Source: Pecten maximus (taxonomy: Eukaryota). From it: DNA of 64,000 nt. The notes under the pieces were generated by a model that saw only the letters and a list, made by a program, of their open reading frames with translations, was not told the origin of the DNA and ran no database searches. A program made the translations under genes and the position numbers. Of this stretch, positions 41,501 to 56,500 are shown piece after piece. Position 1 is the first letter of the stretch, and each line of letters opens with the position of its first letter. The stretch covers positions 24,614,001-24,678,000 of the forward strand of contig NC_047025.1 of NCBI RefSeq assembly GCF_902652985.1, given 5' to 3'.

Positions 41501-44500
41501 CTTGATTATGAACTAAATTTATCAATTCATCATGATGTATTTTTCATAGTTTGAAATAGGGCTGGCTAATCAATGCATTGATTACTATTTTCAGAATTCA
41601 ATGCTAAGGGAGTTGATGGCTATTGTAAGTAATGGTTCTTACATTTATTGCAACACGTAGTTCTCTTTTATACTTAAAACTCCTATGTATTCAGTGTTTA
41701 ACTAAGCCATTTTATCCAAATATTGGTCTATTGTAGTCTAATTGTATTTTATACTGCTATTTTACTCTCAGTAGGCCAGTGTCCTATTGTGACTTTATGA
41801 TGATGCTTGCCGAAATCCATTCCTGCAATGGTAAAGATCTCATTAAAACCATATTTATGAGTTTTCTTTCCATATTTTTATAAAAGGAAAATTTTATTAT
41901 ATTGTATTACAGGTAGATAATGATTTGTTGTTGTTGTTGTTGTTGTTGATGATGATAATAATGCTAAAAGGTATGTTGTTATTTATAATTGGCAAAATGT
42001 AGCTATACAAGTAACAAGTATCTGTAGTGTTGTAGTTTTTTTGTGGGGTCGTATAACGTTCTAGTATATAAATGATATATTGTTATGTTTTGTAGTAGGA
42101 AAACGGAATTATGGAAGAAATGTGTTGTTATTCTAAAGGTACTTGCTATTGTATGGTAATGACACAAATGTGCTGTTATTTGTAAAACAAAAGATAAACA
42201 CCATTTTAAATGTTATATTGCTATTAAGAGAGTTTTGAATATCGTACAATTTTGTAGATGGCAAATGCTACTATAACGGGAAATCTTACACACAAGGACA
42301 GACTTGGTCTGATGGTTGTGCCTACGATTGTACGTGTGATGACGCGTCGAAGGGCAAATACAGCTGTTACAACAAGTAAGTTAAGGGACAAGTTGTACCT
42401 TTTTTAAAAATCTAATTTCGATAACAATTTTCGGTATTAATGTACTTTTTCTCCACACAACACTGAGAAACAAAAGTTCAATTAAGACATGGATAATTAA
42501 CTGCGAATTCTATAGTTAACAAGCGTAATTAATTGATGGTAGTGCTTGTTTCGCATTTGTTGTATAATGAATGAAGTTTACTAATTTTATATTTACTCCG
42601 TAGCATTTATATATAACTATTTACCTTGAGGATTTTTTCAATAAAGGCGATAAAATGACATATAACACAATAATTATTTGTAACATCTACTTTATTTCTC
42701 AAACATTTCTCTAGATATACCACGTATTCATTAGCTTTGGAAGGATTTTTCATTCAGTCGAGAATATTTGTGTTCTTGAAATATAATTGATTATTAAGAA
42801 TATCGCACCTGCTTAAACTTGAAACTGATAAGCTATGGGTATCCAAACCAGGTGTCCCTCCTACTACAACCTTCCACCTCAATGCACCCTCACCCAAAAG
42901 GCTGGCGAGTGCTGTCTTCAGCCGGTATGCAACTTTAATCCCAACTACCAAACCACCAGCGGACAGAGTTTGGGGAATTTAAACGGGATCAGTATGTATT
43001 TAAAATTTTGGCAAACAGTACTGTCAAAAACCTGCTTTGTGCCAAGAACATTAAATCAATTGAAATTATTACAAGGTTTGACTAGGAGTTAATCTTATAA
43101 ATCATTTCCGAGAACTGCGATTCTGTGTAATGGCAAAAATATTTTAATATTTGATTGAGTTTATTTCTTAAATATTCAGGCAAAATTTGATGTATTCCTT
43201 CAGGTCTTTTCAAATTAAGAAATAATTTGAAAATAAATGAGCTTAAGGTTCATATTGTAATACAAGAATAACAAATTATATGATTGTTTCATACTAGAAG
43301 CTAGACACTACTTAGCATTATCACCGTTAAATCCATGTAGATCGCCTACGGGAAACAAATAATCAATTTCGGTACAATTGCAATGAGTTTCTAATGTTTT
43401 GTTAACTGGCCAAAATTAAGAAATATAAATTTTATATGCGATAATTTCGGAACAACATAATTATATTGACAAAGTTGAACTTGTTTCATTCGTGTCGAAA
43501 GCATCCATTTTTTAAAAAGCCCTACGCTTGAGCAATTTAATCCAGTGAAATACGCTGTCCTGTAAGTGATGTGTGATAATATAGTGCGATTGGTGTACCT
43601 CATGGCTTGCGGTCTGGATAATGATAACTTTTTTGTAGGTACTTGCCACTATAAGGGACACGACTACTTCCAGGCACAGACGTGGCAGGATGGTTGTCAA
43701 TATGACTGTCAATGCACAGACGCTGGAGCTGGCATGTACAGCTGTCAATCTAGGTATGTCACACCGCAAATGTTAACGTACAGCTGTCAATCTAGGTATG
43801 TCACACCGCAAATGTTAACGTACAGCTGTCAATCTAGGTATGTCACGCCGCAAATGTTAACGTACAGCTGTCAATCTAGGTATGTCACACCGCAAATGTT
43901 AACGTACAGCTGTCAATCTAGGTATGTCACGCCGCAAATGTTAACGTACAGCTGTCAATCTAGGTATGTCACGCCGCAAATGTTAACGTACAGCTGTCAA
44001 TCTAGGTATGTCACGCCGCAAATGTTAACGTACAGCTGTCAATCTAGGTATGTCACACCGCAAATGTTAACGTACAGCTGTCAATCTAGGTATGTCACGC
44101 CGCAAATGTTAACGTACAGCTGTCAATCAAGATAGTTCACGTTCCTAATTGTTACATTCAACTGTCAATCAAGATATACAACGTCTTCTATATGTGTACA
44201 ACTGTTAATCAAAATCAGTTAGTCATCAGGGTCATTTACCTATGGTAATGTAAATCTGTCAAGGTAGGCGTACCCCTAATGTTTATATACACCTGTCTTG
44301 GTAGGCCACGCTCTTTTTTTTTCATAAATCTGCATATTAAGGTAGATAATGCAAGTAAATGTTTAACTGTCAATCAAGATAGGTCATGTCCCTTATGTTA
44401 ATGCATCCCTGAAAATATATAGCTGTCAGAAATAGGCTTCAATCCCCCTCCCTCCCTCCCCCCCCCCCCCCCCCCCCCTAAAAAAATGAATGAATACATA

Positions 44501-47500
44501 AATAAATAAATAAATAATCTTCGAGACGAGGTTAATGAAATTTGATATGAAATTTTTATCACATATTTCAGACAAACTAACATTTTGGCAGGTTTTAAAG
44601 TAGAAAATACCAGTGAAAGGCAAAATCAAACGGAGGAAGCCAGTTTGTTGCGGCATGTACGATTAATGACGATATGTCATTGTCCATATTATGACGTCAC
44701 AGTCGATTTCCGACTTGCGCAGCTAATGAAAAACGTTCTATGGTATATTGCACTAGTGACATATTACTCAAAATTATTGCATGTGCAAATTCATTAATCA
44801 ACAGACAAATTTTGTGATAAATGTATAAATGTTCTTTTTACGAATTTGTCAATTTATAAAAAAAAAAAAAACGTATAACAACACAAAGATTCAGATTAGC
44901 ATTATATATTGTTTTGCATTGTTGCTATAAATATTTATTAAATGGAAATGTCTTATCATTGGAAAGAATAATGCATCACTTTAAAACATGAAATATCCCT
45001 TATTTTGATGTTGATAAAGCAGTAAAAAATATCAACAGGTTCCGTTATTCTTAAGGGTATAAACGAAATCTGCTTCATAATTAACACTAATAAATCTTTA
45101 CTATATCCAAGTAATATCACGTTATCGAAAATGATAATGTATTGGTAATATCTGGATGGCGAAAACAGTATTAAAACAAGCAATGAATACATAAATATCA
45201 ATATTAATTAAGAAAGTAGGACTTGGTCGAATTAATAATAAAATACTTGATTTAATTATTTTCTTATAAAATAGTAAGTTTATGTGAAGAAAACAGTTAT
45301 ACTGTGTTCATCTTATAGATGCCCCGTTTACAAGAACTTGCCACCGGTATGTCATCTTCAACAACAGCCAGGGAAGTGTTGTCAGGAGCCTGTTTGTGAC
45401 TTCAGCCAGCAATTTGGAACGTTCAACGGCGTGGGAGCCATTAGCGGCAAAGGAGTCGGTCGGTATAGTAATCTTCTCGTTTACAAATCTTAATCATGTC
45501 GTCATCATAATAAATTAATTTTTTGTCACATAAGTATGGACAGTATTACAATGATGACGTCTATATCGTTTTGTCATAAATCAATTTTCCCGAGACATTG
45601 TCAGAACCTTAACCTATATACCATTCTAAGTAATTGGGGATATTGTTAATGATAAATATTTTGGTTTAATGCTTATTGAACTTATGTTACGTCAAGTGAC
45701 TCATTATGTGGTATTTGATTGACTACAGGAGTGACCCCGACCACGCCTCCCCCGTGTGTTGACAAAGCCACCAACTGTAACTTGTACCAGGCCAACATGT
45801 GTACCAGTGCTGGTTACCATGAATGGGCCAAGGAGAACTGCGCCCTCTTCTGTAACTTCTGCTGTAAGTACGATTTTTTGTCTCTATTAATGGAAATACG
45901 ATTGTTGTAACTCTCTACTACCAACTACTTGTGTAATTCTACTCTTCATGCAAGTTGACAATAAATAATTTGGTACAGAATTATTGTTGATCTATAAAGG
46001 ACTGGTTGTTGATCTATAAAGTACTGGCGTTGTATTTAGTTCAGCATTGAATTACCATGATGTTATATTTATTGTCGTTATCAATGAAAAACATAATATT
46101 GCATATAAACAAATATAGAAATCATCAAAAGACAGTTCAATGGTAATATCCGCTTCCAATATACCTATCACTCTTTTATAAGGACTCCCCTACACATATC
46201 GCTATCTATGTATACACCTATCGCTGTCTATGTATACACCTATCGCTGTCTATGTGTACACCTATCGCTGTCTATGTATACACCTATCGCTGTCTATGTG
46301 TACACCTATCGCTGTCTATGTATACACCTATTGCTGTCTATTTGTAAACCTATCGCTCTCTATGTATACACCTATCGCTGTCTATGTATACACCTATCGC
46401 TGTCTATGTATACACCTATCGCTGTCTATATATACACCTATCGCTGTCTATGTGTACACCTATCGCTGTCTATGTATACACCTATCGCTCTCTATGTGTA
46501 CACCTATCGCTGCCTATGTATACACCTATCGCTGTCTATGTATACACCTATCGCTGTCTATGTATACACCTATCGCTGTCTATGTGTATACCTATCGCTG
46601 TCTATGTGTATACATTTCGCTGTCTATGTAAACACCTATCGCTGTCTATGTGTACACCTATCGTTGTCTATGTATACACCTATCGCTGTCTATGTATACA
46701 CCTATCGTTGTCTATGTATACACCTATCGCTGTCTATGTATACACCTATCGCTGTCTATGTGTATACCTATCGCTGTCTATGTGTATACCTATCGCTGTC
46801 TATGTATACACCTATCGCTGTCTATGTATACACCTATCGCTGTCTATGTGTACACCTATCGCTGTCTATGTGTATACATTTCGCTGTCTATGTTTACACC
46901 TATCGCTGTCTATGTATACACATATCGCTCTCTATGTATACACCTATCGCTGTCTATGTATACACCTATCGCTGTCTATGTATACACCTATCGCTGTCTA
47001 TGTATACACCTATCGCTGTCTATATATACACCTATCGCTGTCTATGTGTACACCTATCGCTGTCTATGTATACACCTATCGCTGTCTATGTATACACCTA
47101 TCGCTGTCTATGTGTATACCTATCGCTGTCTATGTATACACCTATCGCTGTCTATGTATACACCTATCGCTGTCTATGTATACACCTATCGCTGTCTATG
47201 TGTACACCTATCGTTGTCTATGTATACACCTATCGCTGTCTATGTATACACCTATCGCCCTCACATTTATTCAAAATGCCGTTTTTTACTCTCCTGTACA
47301 TACGAACTTTTCATCACAATGGTACCTCAAAATATACTTATTTTTGACAGCCGAATTTGCTCAGCCATTGCCAACAGGTAAGTAATATGTCTTTTTTTAA
47401 TTCATGGCATGATATATGATTTTTTAACTGTATATGTTTAAGAATTTGAAAGATCATAATATTATGTAAAATTGCCTTAAAAGATATATATTAACAGTCG

Positions 47501-50500
47501 GCTTTAATATATAGGGTTTTGTTGATTTCGCAAGACTGACATTGACATTATCAATACTTTGTGGACAATTAAAGTTTGGTAATGTGAAAAAAACATTTTT
47601 GAAATTGTTATTGTATAAGCAGGTACATTTTGCATTTTATATATAAAACTGTGATAATATGAATGTATTATTTTATTGTAAATATATTTATAAAGGCACT
47701 TTTGTACACTATGGTGTACAAAATGACATTGACAAGGAAATGCTATCTTTTCTGTTACCCTGTACATATTTTTTCAGAGACGTGTATTTACAAGGGTGTG
47801 GACTACGCCCAGGGCCAGACCTGGTATGACGGCTGTGACTACGAATGCATGTGTGACAACGCCAAGTACGGATTCTACAGGTGTAACAAACGGTGAGACG
47901 CCATCACATACATATTCATTTTCCTTCTAAATATAGGATACTGCGAACGTACATATTTTAGCGGCAATCTTATTTCAGCGATTTTCGCGTTGGAAGCATC
48001 CGACTAAATCATCATTGCAATAGTTGTAGTCTCTATATTGTTTTCTATGGCAAGCATTTCAGGTGCGCTAATTATCTCTTCTCTAATCTGTTTTATATCG
48101 GTTTTGAGAAACTTTGAGTCCCCTAAAGTTAGTACATTTACAATAGTAACATATACTACTTAATTTCCACGGTGGTGATCAATCAATATAGTGAACATGC
48201 CGTATAACTCATAAAGTAAAGAGACATAAAGTCCTTCTATAGCAATACTCATAGATAACATGCTTATAGAGCGTTTATTACAAAAATGTGCAATACTATA
48301 CGGAATTTACTGCTATATCAATCGTAACGAGCGATTTACAAAAATATGATACATAAACAAAGGAAGGTATTTTTTCAGAGGCCTCCTTTTTGTTATCATG
48401 GTAACATTTTTTTCGAATCAATTAGTATTGCGGTTGACAGAGCGTTAATAATAAGACAAACTACGTGTAAAGTTTTGGTATGATAGAGATACATACGGCA
48501 GCATTATTAACAAGTTGGAAATCGAGGAACCGGGATTTTCTTTAATGATATTGGACTACACATGCTTTCTTTATTTCGTAGACTTCTGCTTATTTGGTAT
48601 TTTCAATCATTATAGTTGTCCCGACTTTGTGAACCTGCCACTCAACTGCCACCCAGTGACTGTTAATGGAGATTGCTGCCCCAAAATCCAGTGTGATGGT
48701 GGACAGGGTTCTTTCGTCGGTTCCTCCACAGTCTCCGGGGTAGCAGGTAGTTATCCCATACCCAACCTCCCTGCTGGTAGTACGGGTAATACTGGCGGAA
48801 GTGGTAGTGTTAGTGGCGGATCACCTTCCACTGGATCAGGGGGAGCAGTGCCAATCCCGGGTGGGCCCTCTACAGCTCCGAATCCCAATCCCAATACAGG
48901 AGGTGCCGCCATGATCCCATCAAGAGTAGGTAGGTGTCATTCTTTATGGTATTAATGTATTTGGTAACCAAACGATATTACTAGTATTTCCATATATACT
49001 CAACACAGTGGTTTCTGAAACTTGCATTTTTAAATGATTATAATAGCTGCCGATTAAATTCCAAATATTTCTGAATGTGTTGAACATAGAGTTATAACAT
49101 GGTACTAAACAACCTACATGTTCTATCTGAATTCCAGATGGCTGTTATGTCAAAGGCCAACTTTACCAGCAGGGACTGCGATGGACAGACGGTTGTCAGT
49201 GGACATGTAATTGTGAGGATGGCACAACGGGACGCTACCGATGCCAGCCCAAGTACGTTGTCTATTGTAAAGGATTATAATTAACAAAATAAATATATGT
49301 AATTTAGTTAGTTATGAAGTCAGCTAGTAGATATAACCTTTAATCAAGGATTAACTAAAATAGATCTTTGTATGTTATGAAGATATGATACGAAATACGG
49401 AGTGTACTGTAAATAAACAGCGAACCGGTTTATGATGAGAGAACCTTCAGTCACTGTAAAAATCCACTTTTATCGATGAAATATATTGCCGCTGTATCAG
49501 CCAATCAAAAGCGACGTTACCAGCGGCGACGTCATTTTACGAGTTATGTGCTGATAGCATAATTTTTTAAGTCAATGAAAATGCTTGTTACAAACAAGGT
49601 ACAGCAGCAAAACCGAATAATGAATATGGATTTATATTTAAATGTGATATTAAAATGTGACTTTTGTATAATGATTTATGCACGCTGGATACTAAACTCA
49701 ACTAGTAAATCATCTATGTTTATTATTATACTGAATGTAATTTATTGATTCTTATGAATATTGGCATTACTTCAGAATAGTCAGACGTATCCCATATTCT
49801 TTCAAAAGTTCCAATACCCTTAATTTCCAGATTGATTCAATTAAGATGTAATTGTATCTTTATGAATATAAACTTCGTTATTTCGAACTCAGATAATGCG
49901 ATTATTCTGCCTGATTTGAAGTAATAATTCAGCTCCAACAGTGAAAATTATATAATAGAGTTTTTCATGATCTCCACTGAATTCGAGATAATGAAGCTCG
50001 ACTGTATTTATATTTTGATTACGTCCATTTTAAATTTCCCACCTACCTATCTCGATCCCTACATTTGTGAAGCCTATCTTCATTCACGTGTCTTTGAAGA
50101 GGGAACAGATGCAGTTTTACATTGATTACTTAACATACCTACAGTGGTGATCACGTGTGTATCATCTCCAGTGAAACCCAAAAGTAATACCTCCCTGTTC
50201 TCTCTAGATACTACACTATGTGGTTATAAAACAATTATATATAATGTTGCAAGAAAGTAATCTTTCGTCTGCGTCAACCCCGACGGTATGTTTTTTCTTT
50301 GTTTTTATATGTATTTAACAAGTGAAATTAAAAACTATTGACAACCACACCCCTTCCCCAACCCCAGACACAACCCCAGCTCTAACCCCAACCCCATTTT
50401 TAAATTATTTTTTTATTTACATGTATTTGATATTAGAATATGCAAAGGAATATGTAGTTTTCGGAAATTACAAAATGCTAACACAGGGTTCGACTGAAAA

Positions 50501-53500
50501 AATACACCACGCGGATTTGAAAAAAAAATGTACAATTGTGTTATACAAAAGCACATAAAAGTATAACAAAGAAAAATCATACAGCCATCTATATGTCTGG
50601 ACTCGTTTTACAGATGTCCCGAGTTTAAGAACCTACCCACTCAATGTGCACTACGAGAGGATCCCAAAGATCCCTGTTGTAAGGTACCTGTATGTAGTGC
50701 TGGGGCCAATGGACAACAGGTACACATACCAGTTCCTAGTTACAAGCCTGGCTTCTCTGGTTACGGTACCGCCGCGCTTCCCCAGACCATAGCAACTGGT
50801 GCCTACGGACCCGGCCCAACTAGTAACGGAACTGCAGGAGCAGGGAAACCTCCTTCCTCATTCACTGGCATTTCGCCCGGTCATACTGTTGTTGGAACGA
50901 CTGGAGGTAATTAAAACGTACCATTATTACATTATAATCTGTGTATCAGTAGAGCCTGTCAATATATTAGATTACTGTTTGAAGGATGTTATGTTAACTT
51001 ACACTGCAAAAGGACATTTTATTTTTGTGTTTTCATGGAAGCATCCCGCTGCACCATGATTGTTCCAATAACAGTTCGTATTTTATAAATTTTATAGTTA
51101 TAATGTGTATAATGTGTATGCAAAGGTTGATTATCAGCTATAATATATTTGTGGCCAAAATAAGTAAACTGACATTCTTTTATACTTGATATTAAGAAAT
51201 GTTTGCTTCAGTGTAAGAATATTGCTATATGATATAATTGTTTTCAAATTTTCAATGCCAAGAGTACGGGCTTAATCTTCTGAACACATTTAAATGTAGT
51301 CAACTTCTACCTTCAAAAGCTGTGCAGTTATTAATATTTGATTGGGCATTTGGAAACACGTGCAATATTAGGTAACACAAGTTAGATTTTATTCAGACTG
51401 GTGTATCATCACAGATGTCAATATCATGTGATGACACGAGTTGTTCTATATATGTCTCGCTTTTATGCAGGCGGATGTATTTACAAAGGAGTTGTTCATC
51501 AGCAAGGGGACACATGGGAAGACGGATGTGACTTCCGGTGTGAATGTTTGGATGCCCAGCAAGGACAGTACCGATGTAACGACAGGCATGTATTTCCTAT
51601 CTGTAATCCTTAAAATGTACATATTGTTGAACATTTCTCATATTCAAACTATAAAAAATTACAACTCGATAAACAGTTTTCATGTTCAAATTATACAAAA
51701 TTGTGATTATTTGTATATCTAACACATATATTTAATTATATATCTAATTTAATATCTATGAATACCCAATTTTGCTGTTATGGTATGGATTTTGATTTGT
51801 GTTTGATGTATAGAATATTTAGTGTATCTATCGTTTTTTAATTTGGTTGTAACGTGTGAATTTGTGACGTAGACGTCGGAGGATTTGGTGGGCTATGTGG
51901 TTGAGACGTATAATTTGTATAACGCTGATGTCAGAGTTTTTGGTATACTATTTAGTAGTGACGTTTGATGTTTATGACGTAGATGTCCGAGTATGATGAA
52001 CCTGCCGCCACAGTGTACAATGCTGCAAGACCCGGCTGATCATTGCTGTAAGACCTACCACTGCGACTTCTCACAAACTATAACGACCCCGCCGCCATTT
52101 TACGCCAGAACGACGCCACCTACAGGCGGAGGTAAGGAGAGACAGTTTGAAACTTTTGGCATTGAATTGTTTATTTAGTCATCAATCGCCATTGGTTGTC
52201 AGTTTGAAATGACGAAATTCCTTTTTACGTTACATATCCCGAATGGTATTAAACTTTTTTGATTGATGTGCATGTGCTTCATGTTTGGGTATTTCAAAAC
52301 TTATCTAGTATTAAAAAACGAACTAAAATTCTAAAACACCTCTCCTACATTTCAATAAGGCCAATTTTGATCTCCTCAAACTTCTGAATTTCTGCTCTTC
52401 CCCGAGCACCCATATTCGCCTCTGGAAGGAAGTGATTGGGTTCCGCTCTCAAGCCGAGATATAATAAAGTATAAGGAAAATGTGGTTTACACTCCTGCGA
52501 AACGCTTAGAATTTCGGGAAGTTAAACGACTGGTTCACCCGTTGTCAGTTTGATGTGACCGGGTGGCATGTCCTGCTGTGTGTCTTCGGCAGTATGCTTC
52601 AGTGTGGTAGCACTATAAAGTCGGCTTCAGTTCCACGCTATCACAAGAAGACAAAACAGGAACATACCGCAACCTCCTAAATACACACAACTATACGACA
52701 CGTATGCATCTCGCTTACTGGAGTGGTCATCATTGAATGACCTTTGATGTTGATAGGATGTAAAACAATACTAAGCCAAACATCCCCTAGCATCACCGAC
52801 CAGCATGAAACGGCTTTATGATGCAGTGTTATATATTTATACTCATTATTCGGTTTTACGTCATATATTACTAAATTCACATTCACGGATACTCTTCACA
52901 TTGTGTTTTTGTTTAATTCTCTGACATCCTGATATTTTAACTATGTATTACATAAAGTGTGCTTACGAGCCGTACGACTACACCTCCTAACTGTGGTACA
53001 CACTTTGGCTACTGATATGTTAGAAAGCACACAAATATTCTGTCAACAGTTTCCTACTTTGTTACTGTGCATGACGCTTTCAGAGAGAATAATAACAACA
53101 AGTGTAATTGATTTCTTCTAGTTTGTCTAGAAAGAATAATAACATCAAGGTTAATTCATTACTTCTAGTTTGTCTAGAGAGAATAATAACATCAAGGTTA
53201 ATTCATTACTTCTGGTTTTCTGAAGAGAATAATAACATCAAGGTTAATTCATTACTTCTGGTTTTCTAGAGAGAATAATAACATCAAGGTTAATTCATTA
53301 CTTCTAGTTTTTCTAGAGAGAATAATAACATCAAGGTTAATTCATTACTTCTGGTTTGTCTAGAGAGAATAATAACAGCGAGTGTGTTATTTATTTTTTC
53401 TAGATTACTGCGTATACAAGGGACAATATTACCACCAGGGAGAGCAATGGGATGATGGTTGTAGCTACAAGTGTAGATGTGAGGATGCTAAGAACCACTA

Positions 53501-56500
53501 TCATCAATGTACAGATAGGTAAGAACTATCAGTAAACATGTTCATTTGGTAGACACAAATTGTAATGAAAACGACAGAGAGTACCTACATGATAACGAAA
53601 TCGTAACTCTAGCTAAATTCGATAAAACGAGGTCAAAATAAAAATAAGAATATAGATGAGCATTTATTGAGACCATATACAAATACAATAAGAATAAGAC
53701 CAGGTGTTCTTAAGGGAAAACGTCTTCTTCATCGACGACACCCGCCGCCGTACGGTTACTGAATTTGGTTTCGATACAGTTAAATACTTTGTTTGAACAA
53801 ATGAGTTATAGTCATATCGAAGAGACACTGTTATGCCTTATTACAAACATTGATCATTACCTGTTATTTAAAATTAACATCAATTGTCCTGGTATAGAAA
53901 TAAATAAACAGACTGGTAAAAGCAAGCAAGCGGTTAGCGGGTAAAGCATTATCAGTGTAGTACTGTACAACGATTCCATTTTTAGGTCATCTGACCCGAA
54001 GGGTCAGGATGACCTATAGTCATCATGTTTCGTCCGTCGTCGTGCGCCGTGCGCCGTCCGCTGTGCGTAAACTTTTCACATTTCAAACTTCTTCTCAAGT
54101 TCCACTAGTGGGATTGAGCTGAAACTTGCCTGAAATGATGCTGGGATGGTCCTGACCAAGTGTTGTTATTTATTGGGTCAGTCAGAATTCCAAAATGGCC
54201 GCTATGGCAGCCATCTTGAAAAACACATTTTAAACTTCTCAAGTTCCACTGGTACGATTGAGCTGGACATTGGTGAGGATGTTAAGGAAGGAGAGCCAAC
54301 AAAGTGTTGTTATTTTTCGGCCTCGTAAAAACTTTGACATGGCAGCCATGGCGGTCATTTTGTAACATTGTGCAATCATGGTTCTCCTTGATCAAGTGTT
54401 GTTATTTTTCGGGTTGATCCAAATTCCACCATGGCCAAAAGTGCCACTATACCTGCTACAGATAATGCATACTACAATAGTATAAGGGTCTTTTTATAGT
54501 CAGATGACGTTAAGGCCCTTGGGCCTCTTGGTCCCTATTGATAGTCCAATGCAATGCCAACCATTTGTACATTTCATTCATAAAGTGATATATTTGAACT
54601 TTCCATCATGTAGTTCTCGGTCGATTCAAATTTGACACCAAAACATCCTGAATGCAAATTTGATTAAATTATTAACGCGTTTGAAAAACTGTTATGCACT
54701 GTCTTTGTCCGTCGTCGTGCGTTACTTTAGGTAAACAACTTTATTCTTGTTGCATTGTAGTAGGATTATTGATTAAATATAAATTATTCAATAACGCAAT
54801 GACGTTTTGGTAAACGTAAAAAAACCCATTCCATATCAAAATATCAAATATTTCAAAATTGCCAAGGAATTATAAAAATATCGTGTAAACAAAAGGCTTT
54901 GATTTTTCTGACATATTTTTTAGCTATTTGATACAACGTTTTCACGATATCAGGATAGCATATATTTAATTCGTTTGTAAGGATACTTTATGGTTGTTGC
55001 AATTTGGTTTATTTTCCCCCGTTAAGCTCTTTAAAATGTTAGTAAGTCTATCATTCTTTCTTTTATATGTATATTTAAATGATATATTAAATAGAGGTTA
55101 CACAACGAGTGGTTGTTGTATATGGTATTTCTTTAACTCGACTAAGTTATTTTTCAAAAGTTACAAATCACGAGCTTTAGCGAGTGTTTTTCGTAACTTT
55201 TGAAAAATAACTAACGAGAGTGAAAGACATACCGTATACGACCGCCACGAGTTTGTGTGACCTGTTTCTACCACAATAGAAAAGCTATTCTGAGGATGAA
55301 ATGACCTGTTCAGTGTAAACGTGTGTTATTTTAACAATATCAGGTGTGGTGTAAATATTTGACCTAATTTGAAATGCCGCTAATTAATATGCAAAACTGA
55401 CAAATTCGGGCATGTATGAAAATATTACAATTTATTGCAAATCATAACAAAATAATAAGTAGGTTTATTCTTTTTAAAGCAATAAATGGATAAAAGTCTA
55501 TATATATTTTCAAGAATATAACAAAACTACTTCGTATTGGTTATCATTTCCAAGACATCGTGAAGCGACCTTCAAGTGTTAGCCAATCAAACTGCATTGA
55601 ACCACGTGATTAAGAAATAGTCCCGGTCAAAGGTCACCGTGTGAACCAATCAAAATGCATTTATTGTTAAGTCCACGTATGGTATAAACTGAATGTTATT
55701 CAACACTTGTAATGATGATTCCATGCCTTGGGAGTTGAACAACACCCATCTATTGTGGTAGAAATAAATTTAAATCCGAATTTTCGTGTATAACATATAC
55801 AGTTAAGCGTTACAAAGAATGAATAATTTTAAATAAGTTCGTCGTTAATGCTACAAATGTAATTATAATCACAAAAAAATACAAGCATAACTATTGGGCA
55901 TATCGAGCCATTTGACCAGGTGCAATCTTTAGGACTAAATGTTTTAAGTTATATTATTCTGAATCCAGGTGCCTTATTAACAGTAATCACATTTTAACCA
56001 TTATTTCGAATTCAACACTGTAAATACGTATCTTCTTTTGAACCGCTAGCGTGACACTGTGAAAGTCTTACTAAGACGTATGAGATTACATTTGTTCTGG
56101 ACTCATTACTAATATCCGTTCTATTAAAGATGCGCTCGATTTGACAATGTACCCCTTGGATGTACTTTTGTACCCGACCCTAAGGATCCCACGTGTTGTC
56201 GAGTGCCACAATGCTCAGCCTCGACAGGAGGAGTTACAGGAGGGCAGTCGATGAACCCTACAGGATTCGTGGGGTCCCTGACCGGATATGGAAAACCTCC
56301 CAACACCGGAAACAACCCCAATATATCACAAACTGGATACGCAAGTGAGAAAAAATAATTTATGACATAAAATAAAAATAAATACAATGTTGTTTAAAAC
56401 TGTCGTATAGCGTCGCGAAATTAAATTTGTAGCTAAATGTCTTGTTTTTTTTATATTGTGCATCAGTTTACATAACTTTATGGTAGCGCTATCAAATCAT

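Noticed and set aside
46208-47385. ORFs of 133-379 aa in all three + frames
   Set aside because: The 22-bp repeat lacks stop codons on this strand. Only the microexon 47351-47377 fits the gene.
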